A stretch of DNA of 64,000 nt from Acidimicrobiia bacterium (GCA_965216445.1 OZ244166.1:1175515-1239514); one strand, 5' to 3'; positions 18,131 through 27,795 are shown, counted from the stretch's first letter. Notes: a model not told the origin generated them from the letters alone. Translations and numbers: made by a program.

Positions 18131-18833
18131 CTTTCACCTCGGACAGCCGTGGGGGTGAAACTGGATCGTTGGCTAGATCGGCGTCGAGTTCGGCCGCCTC
18201 CTCAATCCGTCCGACGTATGTTCGAGCCATGAGAAGTGCGATGTAGAGCACAGTGAACGCAGCGACATTGACCAGCATCGCAACCAGAATCTCGGTTGCG
18301 AGAGTGCTCCCATCGGGTCGAATTGACTGTGTCTGGTGAAGGGTTCGCCAGAGGTTGACCGAGAAGTAAACAAGAGGAACCTGGACAACAGCAACGGTGC
18401 CGAGTATTGCCGCCCGTTTTGCTCGTGTTTCGGGGTCGGCGACCGCCCTTCGCAAGGCGAGATAGCCGATGTAGACGAAGATCATCACCGCCGTTGTGGC
18501 GAGACGTGCGTCGCTCCAGTCCCATGCCTGTCCCCACACGGCCTGACCCCAGACCATCCCTGTGAACACACCGACCACTGAGAAAATGACTCCGATCTCC
18601 GCAGAGGCTGCCGCGAGCCGATCCCATCGCCGGTTCTTGGTCAGCAAGTACAGAACTGAGCCGAGTGCGGTCAATCCGAATGCGAGAAACGCCAGCCACA
18701 AAGTCGGGACGTGGACGTAGATCATTCGGGTGTAGACACCTTGGAGCTGGTCGAGGGGAGCGGTGAATGCCAGGAATGCACCGTAGGCCAGCGCAATCGC
18801 CGCTACGAGAAAGGTCACCTGTACTCGTCTCAT
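18123..18833 (-). CDS. ccmC: haem exporter protein CcmC
   Basis: WGQAVWGQAWDWSDARL is the CcmC WWD motif (WGxxWxWDxR). 236 aa, 6 TM. Confidence 0.9.
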   Translation of the reverse strand: MRRVQVTFLVAAIALAYGAFLAFTAPLDQLQGVYTRMIYVHVPTLWLAFLAFGLTALGSVLYLLTKNRRWDRLAAASAEIGVIFSVVGVFTGMVWGQAVWGQAWDWSDARLATTAVMIFVYIGYLALRRAVADPETRAKRAAILGTVAVVQVPLVYFSVNLWRTLHQTQSIRPDGSTLATEILVAMLVNVAAFTVLYIALLMARTYVGRIEEAAELDADLANDPVSPPRLSEVKDV

Positions 18834-19504
18834 CTGGTTGCTTCCTCAAGGGGTCTCGACAACGCTATCCCGGCTACGAACAGAGCCAAATCGGCTGTGG
18901 TCAACAACAGAATCCATAACAGGATACCGTTGCCTCGTTCCATAGCTTCCAGGACCTGAGAGGCACCGACCACGACGGGTATCAGGAGGGGCGCCACGAT
19001 CAGGGATGCGAGGGAGGATCGGTTCCGTAAGCCGCTGGCGACTTCGCCGGCGAGGGTGGAGAGCATCGCCAGGCCAACCGAAGCAAGTGCACTTGCGAGC
19101 AGAACGGGGAGTGGCCAGCCATCCGGGAGATCTGGGTTGAAGAGGAATACCATCGACATCCACAACACCGCCATGAAGCCCAGCAGCAGCAATGTGGCAG
19201 CAAGGGATCGCCCGAGGAAACGTGCGGCCGGGTCGAGCCCGAGAAGCATTGTCGTGTCCCGTCGTTGCGATGTCTCAGATACCGAGGTTCGTAATGCCAC
19301 CTGCATTCCGTAGAGAATGGCAACGGCCCAGAAAATCGCTGTGCCGAGATCATTGAGCGAGGTCCCGGAGTCTGCAGCGACGATGGAGAAGATCATCATG
19401 GCGACGACTGCAAAGGGAAGGACGATGCGGAACGTGTCACCCAGACGGCGCTCCACGACCAGGTCGACTCTGGCTACCTCAGCGGTCTGACGCCACAAGG
19501 TCAT
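18830..19504 (-). CDS. ccmB: haem exporter membrane protein CcmB
   Basis: 224 aa polytopic ABC-2 type permease. Sits between ccmA and ccmC with ATGA overlaps. Confidence 0.8.
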   Translation of the reverse strand: MTLWRQTAEVARVDLVVERRLGDTFRIVLPFAVVAMMIFSIVAADSGTSLNDLGTAIFWAVAILYGMQVALRTSVSETSQRRDTTMLLGLDPAARFLGRSLAATLLLLGFMAVLWMSMVFLFNPDLPDGWPLPVLLASALASVGLAMLSTLAGEVASGLRNRSSLASLIVAPLLIPVVVGASQVLEAMERGNGILLWILLLTTADLALFVAGIALSRPLEEATR

Positions 19505-20145
19505 GATCTGCGCTCCAGCTGTCCGCCGGTTAGACGCAAGGTTGTCTGGAACACCGGTGAAAGGCCATCGGGCTCGTGGGTGACCGCCACCACACCACCG
19601 CCACGTTCCAATGTGGTTGCAGTGAGGGCATCGACAAGTCCCCGGGAGTCAGCATCCAGCCCGGTGCGCGCCTCATCGAGGAGAAGCAGTTTCGGCTTGG
19701 CCATCAGTAGCCAGGCAACCTCGACCCTTCGCTTCATACCGAAACTGGACTCCGAAACCCGCGTCGAGGCGGCCCGTTCCAAGCCAACGGTGTGCAACGC
19801 CTTTGCTGTTGCCTCCTGGGGGCGACCGGTCAGGGTATTGAAGTGGTTGAGGTTCTCTTCGAGGGTCAGCTCCTCCAACAGACCAGGCGTGTGACTGATG
19901 AGGCCGATCGAGGTTCGAATCTTCCGTATTCCGCTGCTGCCGATGTCAGTGCCCAAGACGGACCCCGAACCGGATCGAGGGCGTATCAGAGTGGCTAGGA
20001 GTCTGAGCAATGTAGTTTTTCCACTTCCGTTGGCGCCGACCACCGCGCACGCTTCACCGGTGCCCAAACTGAAATCGACATCACGGAGGATTGTCTTCCC
20101 GCCGAGGGCGACTGTCACGGAATGCAGGTCAAAGATGCTGCTCAC
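19501..20145 (-). CDS. ccmA: cytochrome c biogenesis ABC ATPase CcmA
   Basis: Walker A GANGSGKTT, signature SFGMKRR, Walker B LLLLDEARTGLD. 214 aa. Confidence 0.8.
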   Translation of the reverse strand: MSSIFDLHSVTVALGGKTILRDVDFSLGTGEACAVVGANGSGKTTLLRLLATLIRPRSGSGSVLGTDIGSSGIRKIRTSIGLISHTPGLLEELTLEENLNHFNTLTGRPQEATAKALHTVGLERAASTRVSESSFGMKRRVEVAWLLMAKPKLLLLDEARTGLDADSRGLVDALTATTLERGGGVVAVTHEPDGLSPVFQTTLRLTGGQLERRS

Positions 20146-20176
20146 GGGTCGAGTCTCCCCGCCTAGTCCAAAACAC

Positions 20177-20839
20177 TCAAGTTGGATTGGGGTCCCGACG
20201 CGAGCCGATCAAGGCGATTGCCAACCCAGCAGCGATCCCAGCGATGTACCAGGCCGTCGGACCCCCGGTCAACGACAGTCGGAAGGGTTCAGTCATCAAT
20301 CGCACCGCTGAAGCGAGTGCCAGTGCGGAACCACCCCGCACTCCGACCGTCCAAGGCAGTCGGGAAACAGCAACAGCTGCTCCGAGCATCCCAAGGGCGG
20401 CGTAGATCTCGACCGGGTGACGGGTGATTGTGCTCCCCGCCTCAGACCATGCCCAAGGGAGAGAAGAAGCGGTTCCCAGGCAGGCACCCCTCCAAAGGCA
20501 GCCGAGGTGCCATCCGGCCAACCCCAGCAAAGCCGTGGGTGCCAGGGCATCGAGAGATCGAAGATGCTTTCCCGTCATCAGGAACAGCGTCACCACAGCA
20601 AAGACAACAGCAGCCGGTGTGTTGACCCCACCCCGGACAATTATCAAATCGCCGAGGTTCGTGATGGGGTTGATGCCCTGTAGGGCCATTGCGGTTACCC
20701 GTCCTCCCAACAATCCCGCAGCGGCCGATCCAAGAAGGGCATCGAATGCTGAATCCGGGACACGCTCTGGCCACAATCTGAGTCCAACCCACATTGCAGC
20801 TACTGCTGTGAGCGCTGCCCACAAGAGTGTGAACTCCAT
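20177..20839 (-). CDS. Lgt-like (prolipoprotein diacylglyceryl transferase family) membrane protein, short form
   Basis: LLGGRVTAMAL and GCLWRGACLGTASSLPWAW resemble the Lgt GGRIGY and GRLGNFINGELWG...LPWA motifs, but the protein is 220 aa against about 290 for Lgt. Its ATG lies 1 nt after the stop of the upstream tlpA-like gene. Confidence 0.4.
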   Translation of the reverse strand: MEFTLLWAALTAVAAMWVGLRLWPERVPDSAFDALLGSAAAGLLGGRVTAMALQGINPITNLGDLIIVRGGVNTPAAVVFAVVTLFLMTGKHLRSLDALAPTALLGLAGWHLGCLWRGACLGTASSLPWAWSEAGSTITRHPVEIYAALGMLGAAVAVSRLPWTVGVRGGSALALASAVRLMTEPFRLSLTGGPTAWYIAGIAAGLAIALIGSRRDPNPT

Positions 20840-20840
20840 C

Positions 20841-21311
20841 TCAGCCGTTCAGGATTTCGTCAATACCGAGTGCAAGCGTCCGATCGTCGATCACACCGAG
20901 ATGGGTATCGACGAGGGCGCCCGTGTCATCGAAGAAAAAGGTGATTGGTGTTCCTATCCCACCAAAGTGGCGAGGCACCGAGCGGTCGCGATCGAAGTAG
21001 TGATCGAACACGAGGCCAAAACTGGCGATGAAATCCTTCGCTCCTGGCTGGCTGTCCTGCACGTCAATCCCGATGAACTCGACGTCGTCACCAAACTGCT
21101 CGTATGCGGCCGTCAGCAATGGTGCCTCGGATCGGCAGGGCCCGCACCAGGAAGCCCATACGTTCACGACTGCCGGTCGCTCCAGGTCGACAAGTATTTG
21201 CTCGAGTTCAGGTCCGGTCGTAGGTGGAAGGTCAGGTAGATCCTGGCCTGCCAGATCGGATCCCGAACAAGCAGACAGGATGATGGCGAGCGCGACGAGG
21301 ATCCTCTTCAC
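20841..21311 (-). CDS. TlpA/ResA-like thiol:disulfide oxidoreductase lipoprotein
   Basis: Signal peptide with lipobox (LAIILSAC), active site WASWCGPCR, thioredoxin fold. First gene of the ccm operon. Confidence 0.75.
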   Translation of the reverse strand: MKRILVALAIILSACSGSDLAGQDLPDLPPTTGPELEQILVDLERPAVVNVWASWCGPCRSEAPLLTAAYEQFGDDVEFIGIDVQDSQPGAKDFIASFGLVFDHYFDRDRSVPRHFGGIGTPITFFFDDTGALVDTHLGVIDDRTLALGIDEILNG

Positions 21312-21368
21312 GATCCCAATTGTCTCACTCGGCGGTGGGTATGAACCGGATCCCGTTCATGGCCTTTC

Positions 21369-23039
21369 TCAGGCGGTCTTCTTGAGCCCTCCGGAGCGCA
21401 ACGGGTTTGGGTAAACCGTCGGTAGGGCAAGAGTTCCGGTCGACATCTCCAACCAAGCAGCTTCTTTGGAGAGCCACTTCCATATCAGCTCCACCTCTTC
21501 AGCCTGCTCGACGCTTGGGGCGACTTCCGGCTGGATTTCGGTTGACGACTGCGCTCGGTCTCCAATCAGTGGCGGCGTTGAGTTTCTCCAACTCGAAACA
21601 AGAAGCCCGTGATCGACCAGGACGTGGTTTCCGGCACTGTCAGCCGCCTCGAAAGACCCGGCATTGACCATCGCCCGCCAATGCTGACGCTGTTGCAGTG
21701 CTCTGGCGAGAGCGTTGTGTCGATCGAACAGCCAACCCGCCTCCTCGTAGCGTTGCGACTGGGAGTGTCTCAACATCTTCTCCCGAAGTGGCTGGAGCAG
21801 GGATTCGGGGTTCCTGTCGATCGCCTTGAGCAAGAGATCGATCATCTCCTGATACTTCTTCCGGTCCAGCTTCCCGTCACAGGGACACATTGCGACTCCG
21901 AGCTGTGCCGGAGCGCACTGGGCTGCCCGTGACCCCGGGGTGCCGCGGCATCTGCGGATGGGGATCGCATCCCATATTGCCTGGGTGACCCGGTCGGCCG
22001 CACGTCGCGAGCGGAAAGGGCCGATGTGGGCCAGGGCCTTTGGGTTGACCGTTCTCACCAGGGAAAGTCGGGGAAAGTCCTCCGCAGTTATCCGCACAAA
22101 GTGGGAAGACTTCGGTGGGCGACTTCGACGATTGTGCCGGGGCCGATGAGTGTGAATCAGGCGAACTTCGGTGACTTCGGCTTCGATCGGTGTCGGGCAA
22201 ACCACATGGTCGATGGTGGCCAGTTCACGCATCATGTTGCCGATTGTTCTGCGTTTGTCCCCGTAGAAGTATTGGCGGACGCGTTGGCGGAGGTTGTTGG
22301 CCTTGCCGACGTAGATCACGTTGTCATGCCGGTCCCGGAACATGTACACGCCAGGTGCACGGGGCAACGAATCGGTCATTTGGATCTTCTTGTAGAACGG
22401 CGAACCCTTTGCCCTCGGAAGGGCCAGGAGGTCGTCGAGATTTGTGACACCCATTGAACCGACTCGTTCCAGGAGGCCGTGCAGGACATGAGCCGTGGCG
22501 CGGGCGTCTTCGAACGCACGATGATTCGGCGTGACTGGGCTCCGGAAGTGTGCGGCCAGTGTCTTCAGCTTCAGGTTGCGGACCTCGGGGCGTACCAGCC
22601 GACGTGCCAAGGCAGCGGTGTCGACGGAGTCGTTGTCGAGGCGCTCGTACCCGAGACGTTCTGCTGCGGCGTTGAGGAAGGACAGATCGAATCGAACGTT
22701 GTGTCCAACTATCACCGCGTCGCCGATGAACTCGAGGAAGCCTGGCAAGGCAGCCGAGATGTCGGGTGCGTCGACAACCATTGCGTGGGTGATGCCGGTG
22801 AGAATCGTGATCGAAGGCGGGATCGGGCTCCCTGGATCCACCAAGGTCTGGAATGTCCCGATCTCGATCCCTCTGTGGTATTTGACCGCACCAATCTCGG
22901 TGATTTCACAGTTCTTTGGTGATCCACCCGTGGTTTCCAGGTCGAGAACACAGAAGATCACATCGAAGAGAGGTGTCGAGAGGTCGTCGAAACTCGGTTG
23001 GATGGGAAGTGCCACTGCCCAGTTCACCCTATCGAACAC
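21369..23039 (-). CDS. DEDDh 3'-5' exonuclease (DnaQ-like) fused to GIY-YIG nuclease domain (Cho-like)
   Basis: N-terminal LDLETTGG...HNVRFDLSFL exonuclease motifs. Central GVYMFRDRHDNVIYVGKANNLRQRVRQY is a GIY-YIG (UvrC/Cho-type) domain. Confidence 0.75.
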   Translation of the reverse strand: MFDRVNWAVALPIQPSFDDLSTPLFDVIFCVLDLETTGGSPKNCEITEIGAVKYHRGIEIGTFQTLVDPGSPIPPSITILTGITHAMVVDAPDISAALPGFLEFIGDAVIVGHNVRFDLSFLNAAAERLGYERLDNDSVDTAALARRLVRPEVRNLKLKTLAAHFRSPVTPNHRAFEDARATAHVLHGLLERVGSMGVTNLDDLLALPRAKGSPFYKKIQMTDSLPRAPGVYMFRDRHDNVIYVGKANNLRQRVRQYFYGDKRRTIGNMMRELATIDHVVCPTPIEAEVTEVRLIHTHRPRHNRRSRPPKSSHFVRITAEDFPRLSLVRTVNPKALAHIGPFRSRRAADRVTQAIWDAIPIRRCRGTPGSRAAQCAPAQLGVAMCPCDGKLDRKKYQEMIDLLLKAIDRNPESLLQPLREKMLRHSQSQRYEEAGWLFDRHNALARALQQRQHWRAMVNAGSFEAADSAGNHVLVDHGLLVSSWRNSTPPLIGDRAQSSTEIQPEVAPSVEQAEEVELIWKWLSKEAAWLEMSTGTLALPTVYPNPLRSGGLKKTA

Positions 23040-23072
23040 ATGTTCGATTTACAAGCAAGGTACGCTTGGTTC

Positions 23073-23297
23073 ATGGAACTCAGTCAGGTTGGCATCTATC
23101 AGTCATCCACGGAAGCAAACCTCATAAAGGCCCGCCTGGAGGCGAACGGGATTGATTCCATGGTCCAGGCGGACTCAGCCTCGGGGGCTGTCCCACAGCT
23201 GGAGGCTTATTCCGGCGTTCGGGTCCTGGTGCGACCAGACGACCTGGCAGAAGCACTTGAAGTCCTGGAACGGATGCTTCCGAGCGGTTCGGAGTAG
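23073..23297 (+). CDS. DUF2007-like small protein (putative signal-transducing, P-II-like fold)
   Basis: Start placed at ATG 23073 (MELSQVGIYQS...) because the track start 22998 overlaps the upstream convergent gene. 74 aa. Confidence 0.35.
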   Translation: MELSQVGIYQSSTEANLIKARLEANGIDSMVQADSASGAVPQLEAYSGVRVLVRPDDLAEALEVLERMLPSGSE

Positions 23298-23303
23298 CAG
23301 TCT

Positions 23304-24089
23304 TTGTCACAGGAGATCGTTTCCTCGTCCAACGAGCGAATCAAACGGCTGGTGAAACTCCAACAGAGTCGGAAGGCCCGTGACACGGAAGGTCTATTCG
23401 TCGTTGAGGAGCAACGCGTCCTCGAGCGAGCACTGAGTGCCGGATGGGAACCCGTTGAGGTTTATGCAACACCGGAACACATCCAGTCCGGTTCTTTGGA
23501 TCCGCTTGACCCGACACCCGTGGCCGATTCGGCACTCTCTCGGGCGTCCTATCGAAAGAAGACAACGGGACTGATCGCCTTGTTCGAATTCCTGGACACC
23601 AGTTTGCCGGCGTCGGCTCCAAACGACACATCGCTGTTCCTAGTGGTCGAAAAGCTTGAGAAGCCAGGAAACCTAGGAGCGGTATTGCGCATCGCCGACG
23701 CTGCAGGTGTAACAGGTGTGCTTCTGACCGATCCTGTGGTCGATGTCTTCAACCCCAACGTTGTCCGTGCGTCCACAGGTGCCCTCTTCGCCGTCCCGAC
23801 GTTTCAGGGTCCTTTCCGCCAGGTTTCGAATTGGTTGATCGGCGCCGGCGTCAGAAACGTCGCTTTGGCGCCCGAGGCGTCGACCACGATCTGGGACACC
23901 AATCTGGGTGGAAGCTGTGCACTGTGGATAGGAGCCGAAGCCGAGGGCCTGAGCCCCGAAGCGAGGTCCCTGGCGAGCGTCGTGGCTCGGATACCAATGG
24001 CGGGTTCGTCTGACTCGTTGAACGCTTCGGTGTCCGCTGCGATAGCCGTTTTCGAGGCGGTCAGACAACGGCACGTGGGTCGGGTTTAG
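23304..24089 (+). CDS. TrmH/SpoU family RNA 2'-O-methyltransferase
   Basis: GNLGAVLRIADAAG and the C-terminal SLNASVSAAIAVFE motifs of the SPOUT class. Confidence 0.8.
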   Translation: MSQEIVSSSNERIKRLVKLQQSRKARDTEGLFVVEEQRVLERALSAGWEPVEVYATPEHIQSGSLDPLDPTPVADSALSRASYRKKTTGLIALFEFLDTSLPASAPNDTSLFLVVEKLEKPGNLGAVLRIADAAGVTGVLLTDPVVDVFNPNVVRASTGALFAVPTFQGPFRQVSNWLIGAGVRNVALAPEASTTIWDTNLGGSCALWIGAEAEGLSPEARSLASVVARIPMAGSSDSLNASVSAAIAVFEAVRQRHVGRV

Positions 24090-24688
24090 TCGATCTGGGA
24101 GTAACGGTCGGTGTGGATCGTCTCCGTGAGTGGACGCTTGCCACGCTTGAGGCTTCCCGACCTGCGATCTTGAGCCGCGTGGCCGACCGTGATGACGCCA
24201 ATAGGGGAGAAGTGATCGGGCAGATCTAGAAGGTGCTTGAGATCAGGGATTGAGTGAACGCCAAGGAATCCTGCAGCGAGACCCTCGTCGACGGCTGCCA
24301 GCAGCACAGCCATCATCGCTGCGCCCGCATCGACCCACCAGTACGGGACCGGCCAAGCGATCTCTTCCCCACTCTCATCTAGTTTGTCTGCCTCACGATA
24401 TCTCTCGTGGTAGACCTTCTCTGACACCGATACGACGATATGTGCCGGCGCCCTCGATATCCATGGGTCGAAACCCGCTTCAACGTAGGCCGGTTCATTG
24501 GCCAGGCGGGCGATCTCGATTCGGCGGGCCGCATCGGTCACCACGACAATGGCGAAGCCTTGTGAGTTTCCCGCTGACGGCGCACGCAATGCAGCCGCTG
24601 CAATCCGATGCAGCTGCTCGGATTCGATCGGGTCACTTTTGTAGTTCCTGACCATGCGACGTCGCGCCAGAACATCTTTGAATTCCAT
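24086..24688 (-). CDS. nitroreductase family protein
   Basis: 200 aa. RRMVRNY...PSAGNSQG N-terminal nitroreductase signature. Confidence 0.8.
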   Translation of the reverse strand: MEFKDVLARRRMVRNYKSDPIESEQLHRIAAAALRAPSAGNSQGFAIVVVTDAARRIEIARLANEPAYVEAGFDPWISRAPAHIVVSVSEKVYHERYREADKLDESGEEIAWPVPYWWVDAGAAMMAVLLAAVDEGLAAGFLGVHSIPDLKHLLDLPDHFSPIGVITVGHAAQDRRSGSLKRGKRPLTETIHTDRYSQID

Positions 24689-24778
24689 GTTCCGATTCTG
24701 TCACACCCGAGAAGCACTGTTGGGTGCATGGGCCCATACGTTTGACGCCGACATCTGGCAGAATCGAGAAGCAGAGGA

Positions 24779-25678
24779 ATGAATTCGAGTCCCCGTTCAG
24801 AGCAGAAGGTCGTTTGGACCCGCGGTCGCGGGTGCATGGAGCTGGCCGAGATCCTGGACAGATCGACCGCTAGTCGAGTCCAGGGGGATATCAGGGCGGG
24901 GGTCATCGAGGCACGGGCCGACTTCGTGGTTGCGAAGAAGATGCCTGGTTCGTTTGACCTAGCGCATGTTGCCGTGCCGGTGGATTTCGAACCCGAGGTT
25001 GTGACCAAAGTCTCAGCCACTGTCGCCGGTGGACCCCATTCACAACTGGCTGCCTTGACTGCTGCCCATATCGCCGAAGTTCTCGATGTGCCACTTGAGA
25101 TCGTCTCGGCGCATCAGGACGCGGACGATGTCGGTTCGGCGATGCGGGTTGTGGCTGAGTTCGGGGACCAATTCCCGGACGCTGAGAGACGCGTTGTCCA
25201 AGCTCAGAACATGAATGAGCTGACCGATACCGCCGACGAAGGCTCGTTGATTGTTGTGGGTGCTCCTGGCGGTTCATGGCTGCGTCGTTCCCGCTTTGGC
25301 TCGGGAGCAAGGATCAAAGGCGCCACGAAAGCGGGTGCGGTGATGGTGCGCAGTGCACCGGACCGTGTCTACAGATTCATGGGAGACCCGGTCTATGTGG
25401 CTCCGATGCTCCATGCTTCCGACACCCTTCGACTCCACGATGAGAAGGTGTTGGCAGTGGCCGACCAGGGTCTGTTGGTTGGGGTGGTCAGACGTAGCGA
25501 TCTTGACGGTGTCGGTAACCAAACGGTCGAGTCGGTCATGGATGAGCCTGTGTCCGCACGGGTCGATGAAACCATCGAGGAAGCGCGTTCTCTCGAGGAC
25601 TTGTTCGGATACGACCCGATACCCGTCACCGACCACGACGAGCGGTTGGTTGGCGGTTTGTCCTTGCCAGCGGCCTGA
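24779..25678 (+). CDS. universal stress protein domain / CBS domain protein
   Basis: USP-like C-terminal motif LIVVGAPGGSWLRRSRFGSGA, followed by a CBS pair (HDEKVLAVADQGLLVGVVRRSDL ... YDPIPVTDHDERLVGGL). An internal ATG (MELAEILD) is an alternative start. Confidence 0.5.
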   Translation: MNSSPRSEQKVVWTRGRGCMELAEILDRSTASRVQGDIRAGVIEARADFVVAKKMPGSFDLAHVAVPVDFEPEVVTKVSATVAGGPHSQLAALTAAHIAEVLDVPLEIVSAHQDADDVGSAMRVVAEFGDQFPDAERRVVQAQNMNELTDTADEGSLIVVGAPGGSWLRRSRFGSGARIKGATKAGAVMVRSAPDRVYRFMGDPVYVAPMLHASDTLRLHDEKVLAVADQGLLVGVVRRSDLDGVGNQTVESVMDEPVSARVDETIEEARSLEDLFGYDPIPVTDHDERLVGGLSLPAA

Positions 25679-25699
25679 AATCGGGCAGAATCAACGTCT

Positions 25700-26611
25700 G
25701 TGACTTTTAGATCTGTATTTCGCGGGCTCCTGTGGAGTCTGGTGGCCTTAGCAATTGTCTTCTACGCAGCCGGTGGTTGGTACTTCTCCGGAGAGCTGAT
25801 AGACGATGCGTTTGTCGTCGACGGCGATCCGATCACCGTAACCAGCGGCGACTATGAACTGGAGCTAGTTGAGTACGAGACCGAGTTGGGCCCAATGGAC
25901 GCGTGGTTCTTCCCGGCCGGAGGCGAGACGTGGGTCATCCATGTTCATGGTTTGGGAGCGACGCCAGCCGAAGCCGAACCCATGTTCGGCCCTCTTCAGG
26001 ATGCCGGATACCCGCAGCTGGCGATCACGTATCGAAATGACGATGGGCAGCCCGAGGATCCCAGTGGGTATTACCAATACGGTGCAACTGAATACCGCGA
26101 TGTCAGTGACGCAGTTGACTTCGCACTGGACAATGGTGCCGAGAAGATCGTGTTCAATTCTTACTCCACAGGCGCTGGACACACTATGGGTTTCATCTTC
26201 CGCGAGGTGCGCGACCGGGTGATCGGGGCTCACTTCGACTCTCCAAACATCGATTTCGGTGAGACCGTCAACTACAACGCCAGCCAGCGAGACCTGCCAA
26301 TCATCCCGATCTCGGTCCCCGAATCGCTGGCCGGTGTCGCCAAGTTCATGACCTCCCTCAGGATCGGGGTCAGCTGGAGGTCGTTGGACTACATCGAGCA
26401 ATCAAAGAGCAGTCTCCGCGTTCCGGTGTTGGTCCATCACGGTGATGCCGACCTCACAGTGCCGCTCCAGACGAGTATCGACTTCGCAACCGAGAACCCG
26501 TCTCTGGTGAGTCTCGTTCAGGTAGGGGGTGCCGAGCACGTGGGCTCTTACGACATTGACCCAGAACTCTACGTGGCGCAGGTTCTGGATTTCCTGGAAA
26601 GCCTCGAATAG
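25700..26611 (+). CDS. membrane-anchored alpha/beta hydrolase
   Basis: N-terminal TM helix, HVHGLGAT oxyanion region, nucleophile elbow NSYSTGAG, C-terminal HHGDAD. Confidence 0.6.
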   Translation: MTFRSVFRGLLWSLVALAIVFYAAGGWYFSGELIDDAFVVDGDPITVTSGDYELELVEYETELGPMDAWFFPAGGETWVIHVHGLGATPAEAEPMFGPLQDAGYPQLAITYRNDDGQPEDPSGYYQYGATEYRDVSDAVDFALDNGAEKIVFNSYSTGAGHTMGFIFREVRDRVIGAHFDSPNIDFGETVNYNASQRDLPIIPISVPESLAGVAKFMTSLRIGVSWRSLDYIEQSKSSLRVPVLVHHGDADLTVPLQTSIDFATENPSLVSLVQVGGAEHVGSYDIDPELYVAQVLDFLESLE

Positions 26612-26703
26612 AAAGTCGAGCTGCCTTTAGGGTTTAGGAGACCACGAGGAGGCAACCAGTCGTCGACCACCCGAATCCCGCTGTAAACGCGCCCGAGAAC
26701 GAC

Positions 26704-27795
26704 GTGATGATCCGTCTCGAGGGCGTCACCAAACATTATTCAGGTACGTCCACCCCAGCCGTCGGAAACTTGAGTCTCGACATCAACAAAGGTGAGTTCG
26801 TCACATTGGTCGGACCATCAGGCTGCGGAAAGACGACCACCCTCAAGATGATCAACCGCATCATCGAACCGACAGACGGCTCGATCCAAATCGATGGGAA
26901 AGACGCACTGTCGATGCCAGCTCATGAGTTGCGGAGGTCCATTGGCTACGTCATCCAGCAGATCGGGTTGTTTCCCCACAGAACGATCGCACAGAATATC
27001 GCAACGGTTCCCGGCTTGCTCGGCTGGGAAACCGATCGGGCCGAGGAGCGCACAGCCGAGCTGATCGACGTGGTTGGCCTCGACCCAGAGATGCTCGACA
27101 GGTACCCCTCAGAATTATCCGGAGGGCAACAACAGAGAGTCGGTGTCGCCCGCGCTCTGGCCGCGGATCCTCCCGTGTTGCTCATGGATGAGCCGTTTGG
27201 GGCGGTGGACCCGATTGTCAGGGGGAACCTGCAGCGTGAATTCTTGGATCTCCAACACAAGCTCGGCAAGACCGTCGTCTTCGTGACTCACGATATTGAC
27301 GAGGCGATCTTCTTGGGCACTCGAATTGCCGTGCTCAATGTGGGCGGGATTCTGGAGCAGTACGACGCCCCGAGTGTCTTGCTTCGCGAGCCCGCAAATG
27401 ACTTCGTGGAGGACTTCATTGGAGGGGAGCGAGGCTTGAAGCGGCTGGGGCTCCTCACCGTCAGCTCGGCTGAAATGGTGAGAGGCCCTGTCGTTGACCG
27501 CCTAGCAACCCGGTCCGATGCGGAGGCAGCTATGCGTGCTCACGACGTCGACTGGTTCGGAATCCTCGATGGCAATCGACTTCTTGGATGGGCTGACTCC
27601 ACGCAGTTCAACGGTTCGCAATTGGCGAACATAGAGCCCAAGCCTTTTGCAGTTTCATTGCGCAGCGATTCGTCGCTGCGCGAAGCATTGGACGCTGTTG
27701 TAACCGGTCGGGCCAGAACTGCTGTCGTTGTTGATGACGGGGTTTATCAGGGGATGCTCGACCTGGAGACCATCGCTGAGGAGATCACAGAGTGA
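26704..27795 (+). CDS. glycine betaine/choline/carnitine ABC transporter ATP-binding protein with C-terminal CBS domains (OpuCA/ProV-like)
   Basis: Walker A GPSGCGKTT, signature LSGGQQQR, Walker B LLMDEPFGAVD, then a CBS pair. Confidence 0.85.
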   Translation: MMIRLEGVTKHYSGTSTPAVGNLSLDINKGEFVTLVGPSGCGKTTTLKMINRIIEPTDGSIQIDGKDALSMPAHELRRSIGYVIQQIGLFPHRTIAQNIATVPGLLGWETDRAEERTAELIDVVGLDPEMLDRYPSELSGGQQQRVGVARALAADPPVLLMDEPFGAVDPIVRGNLQREFLDLQHKLGKTVVFVTHDIDEAIFLGTRIAVLNVGGILEQYDAPSVLLREPANDFVEDFIGGERGLKRLGLLTVSSAEMVRGPVVDRLATRSDAEAAMRAHDVDWFGILDGNRLLGWADSTQFNGSQLANIEPKPFAVSLRSDSSLREALDAVVTGRARTAVVVDDGVYQGMLDLETIAEEITE

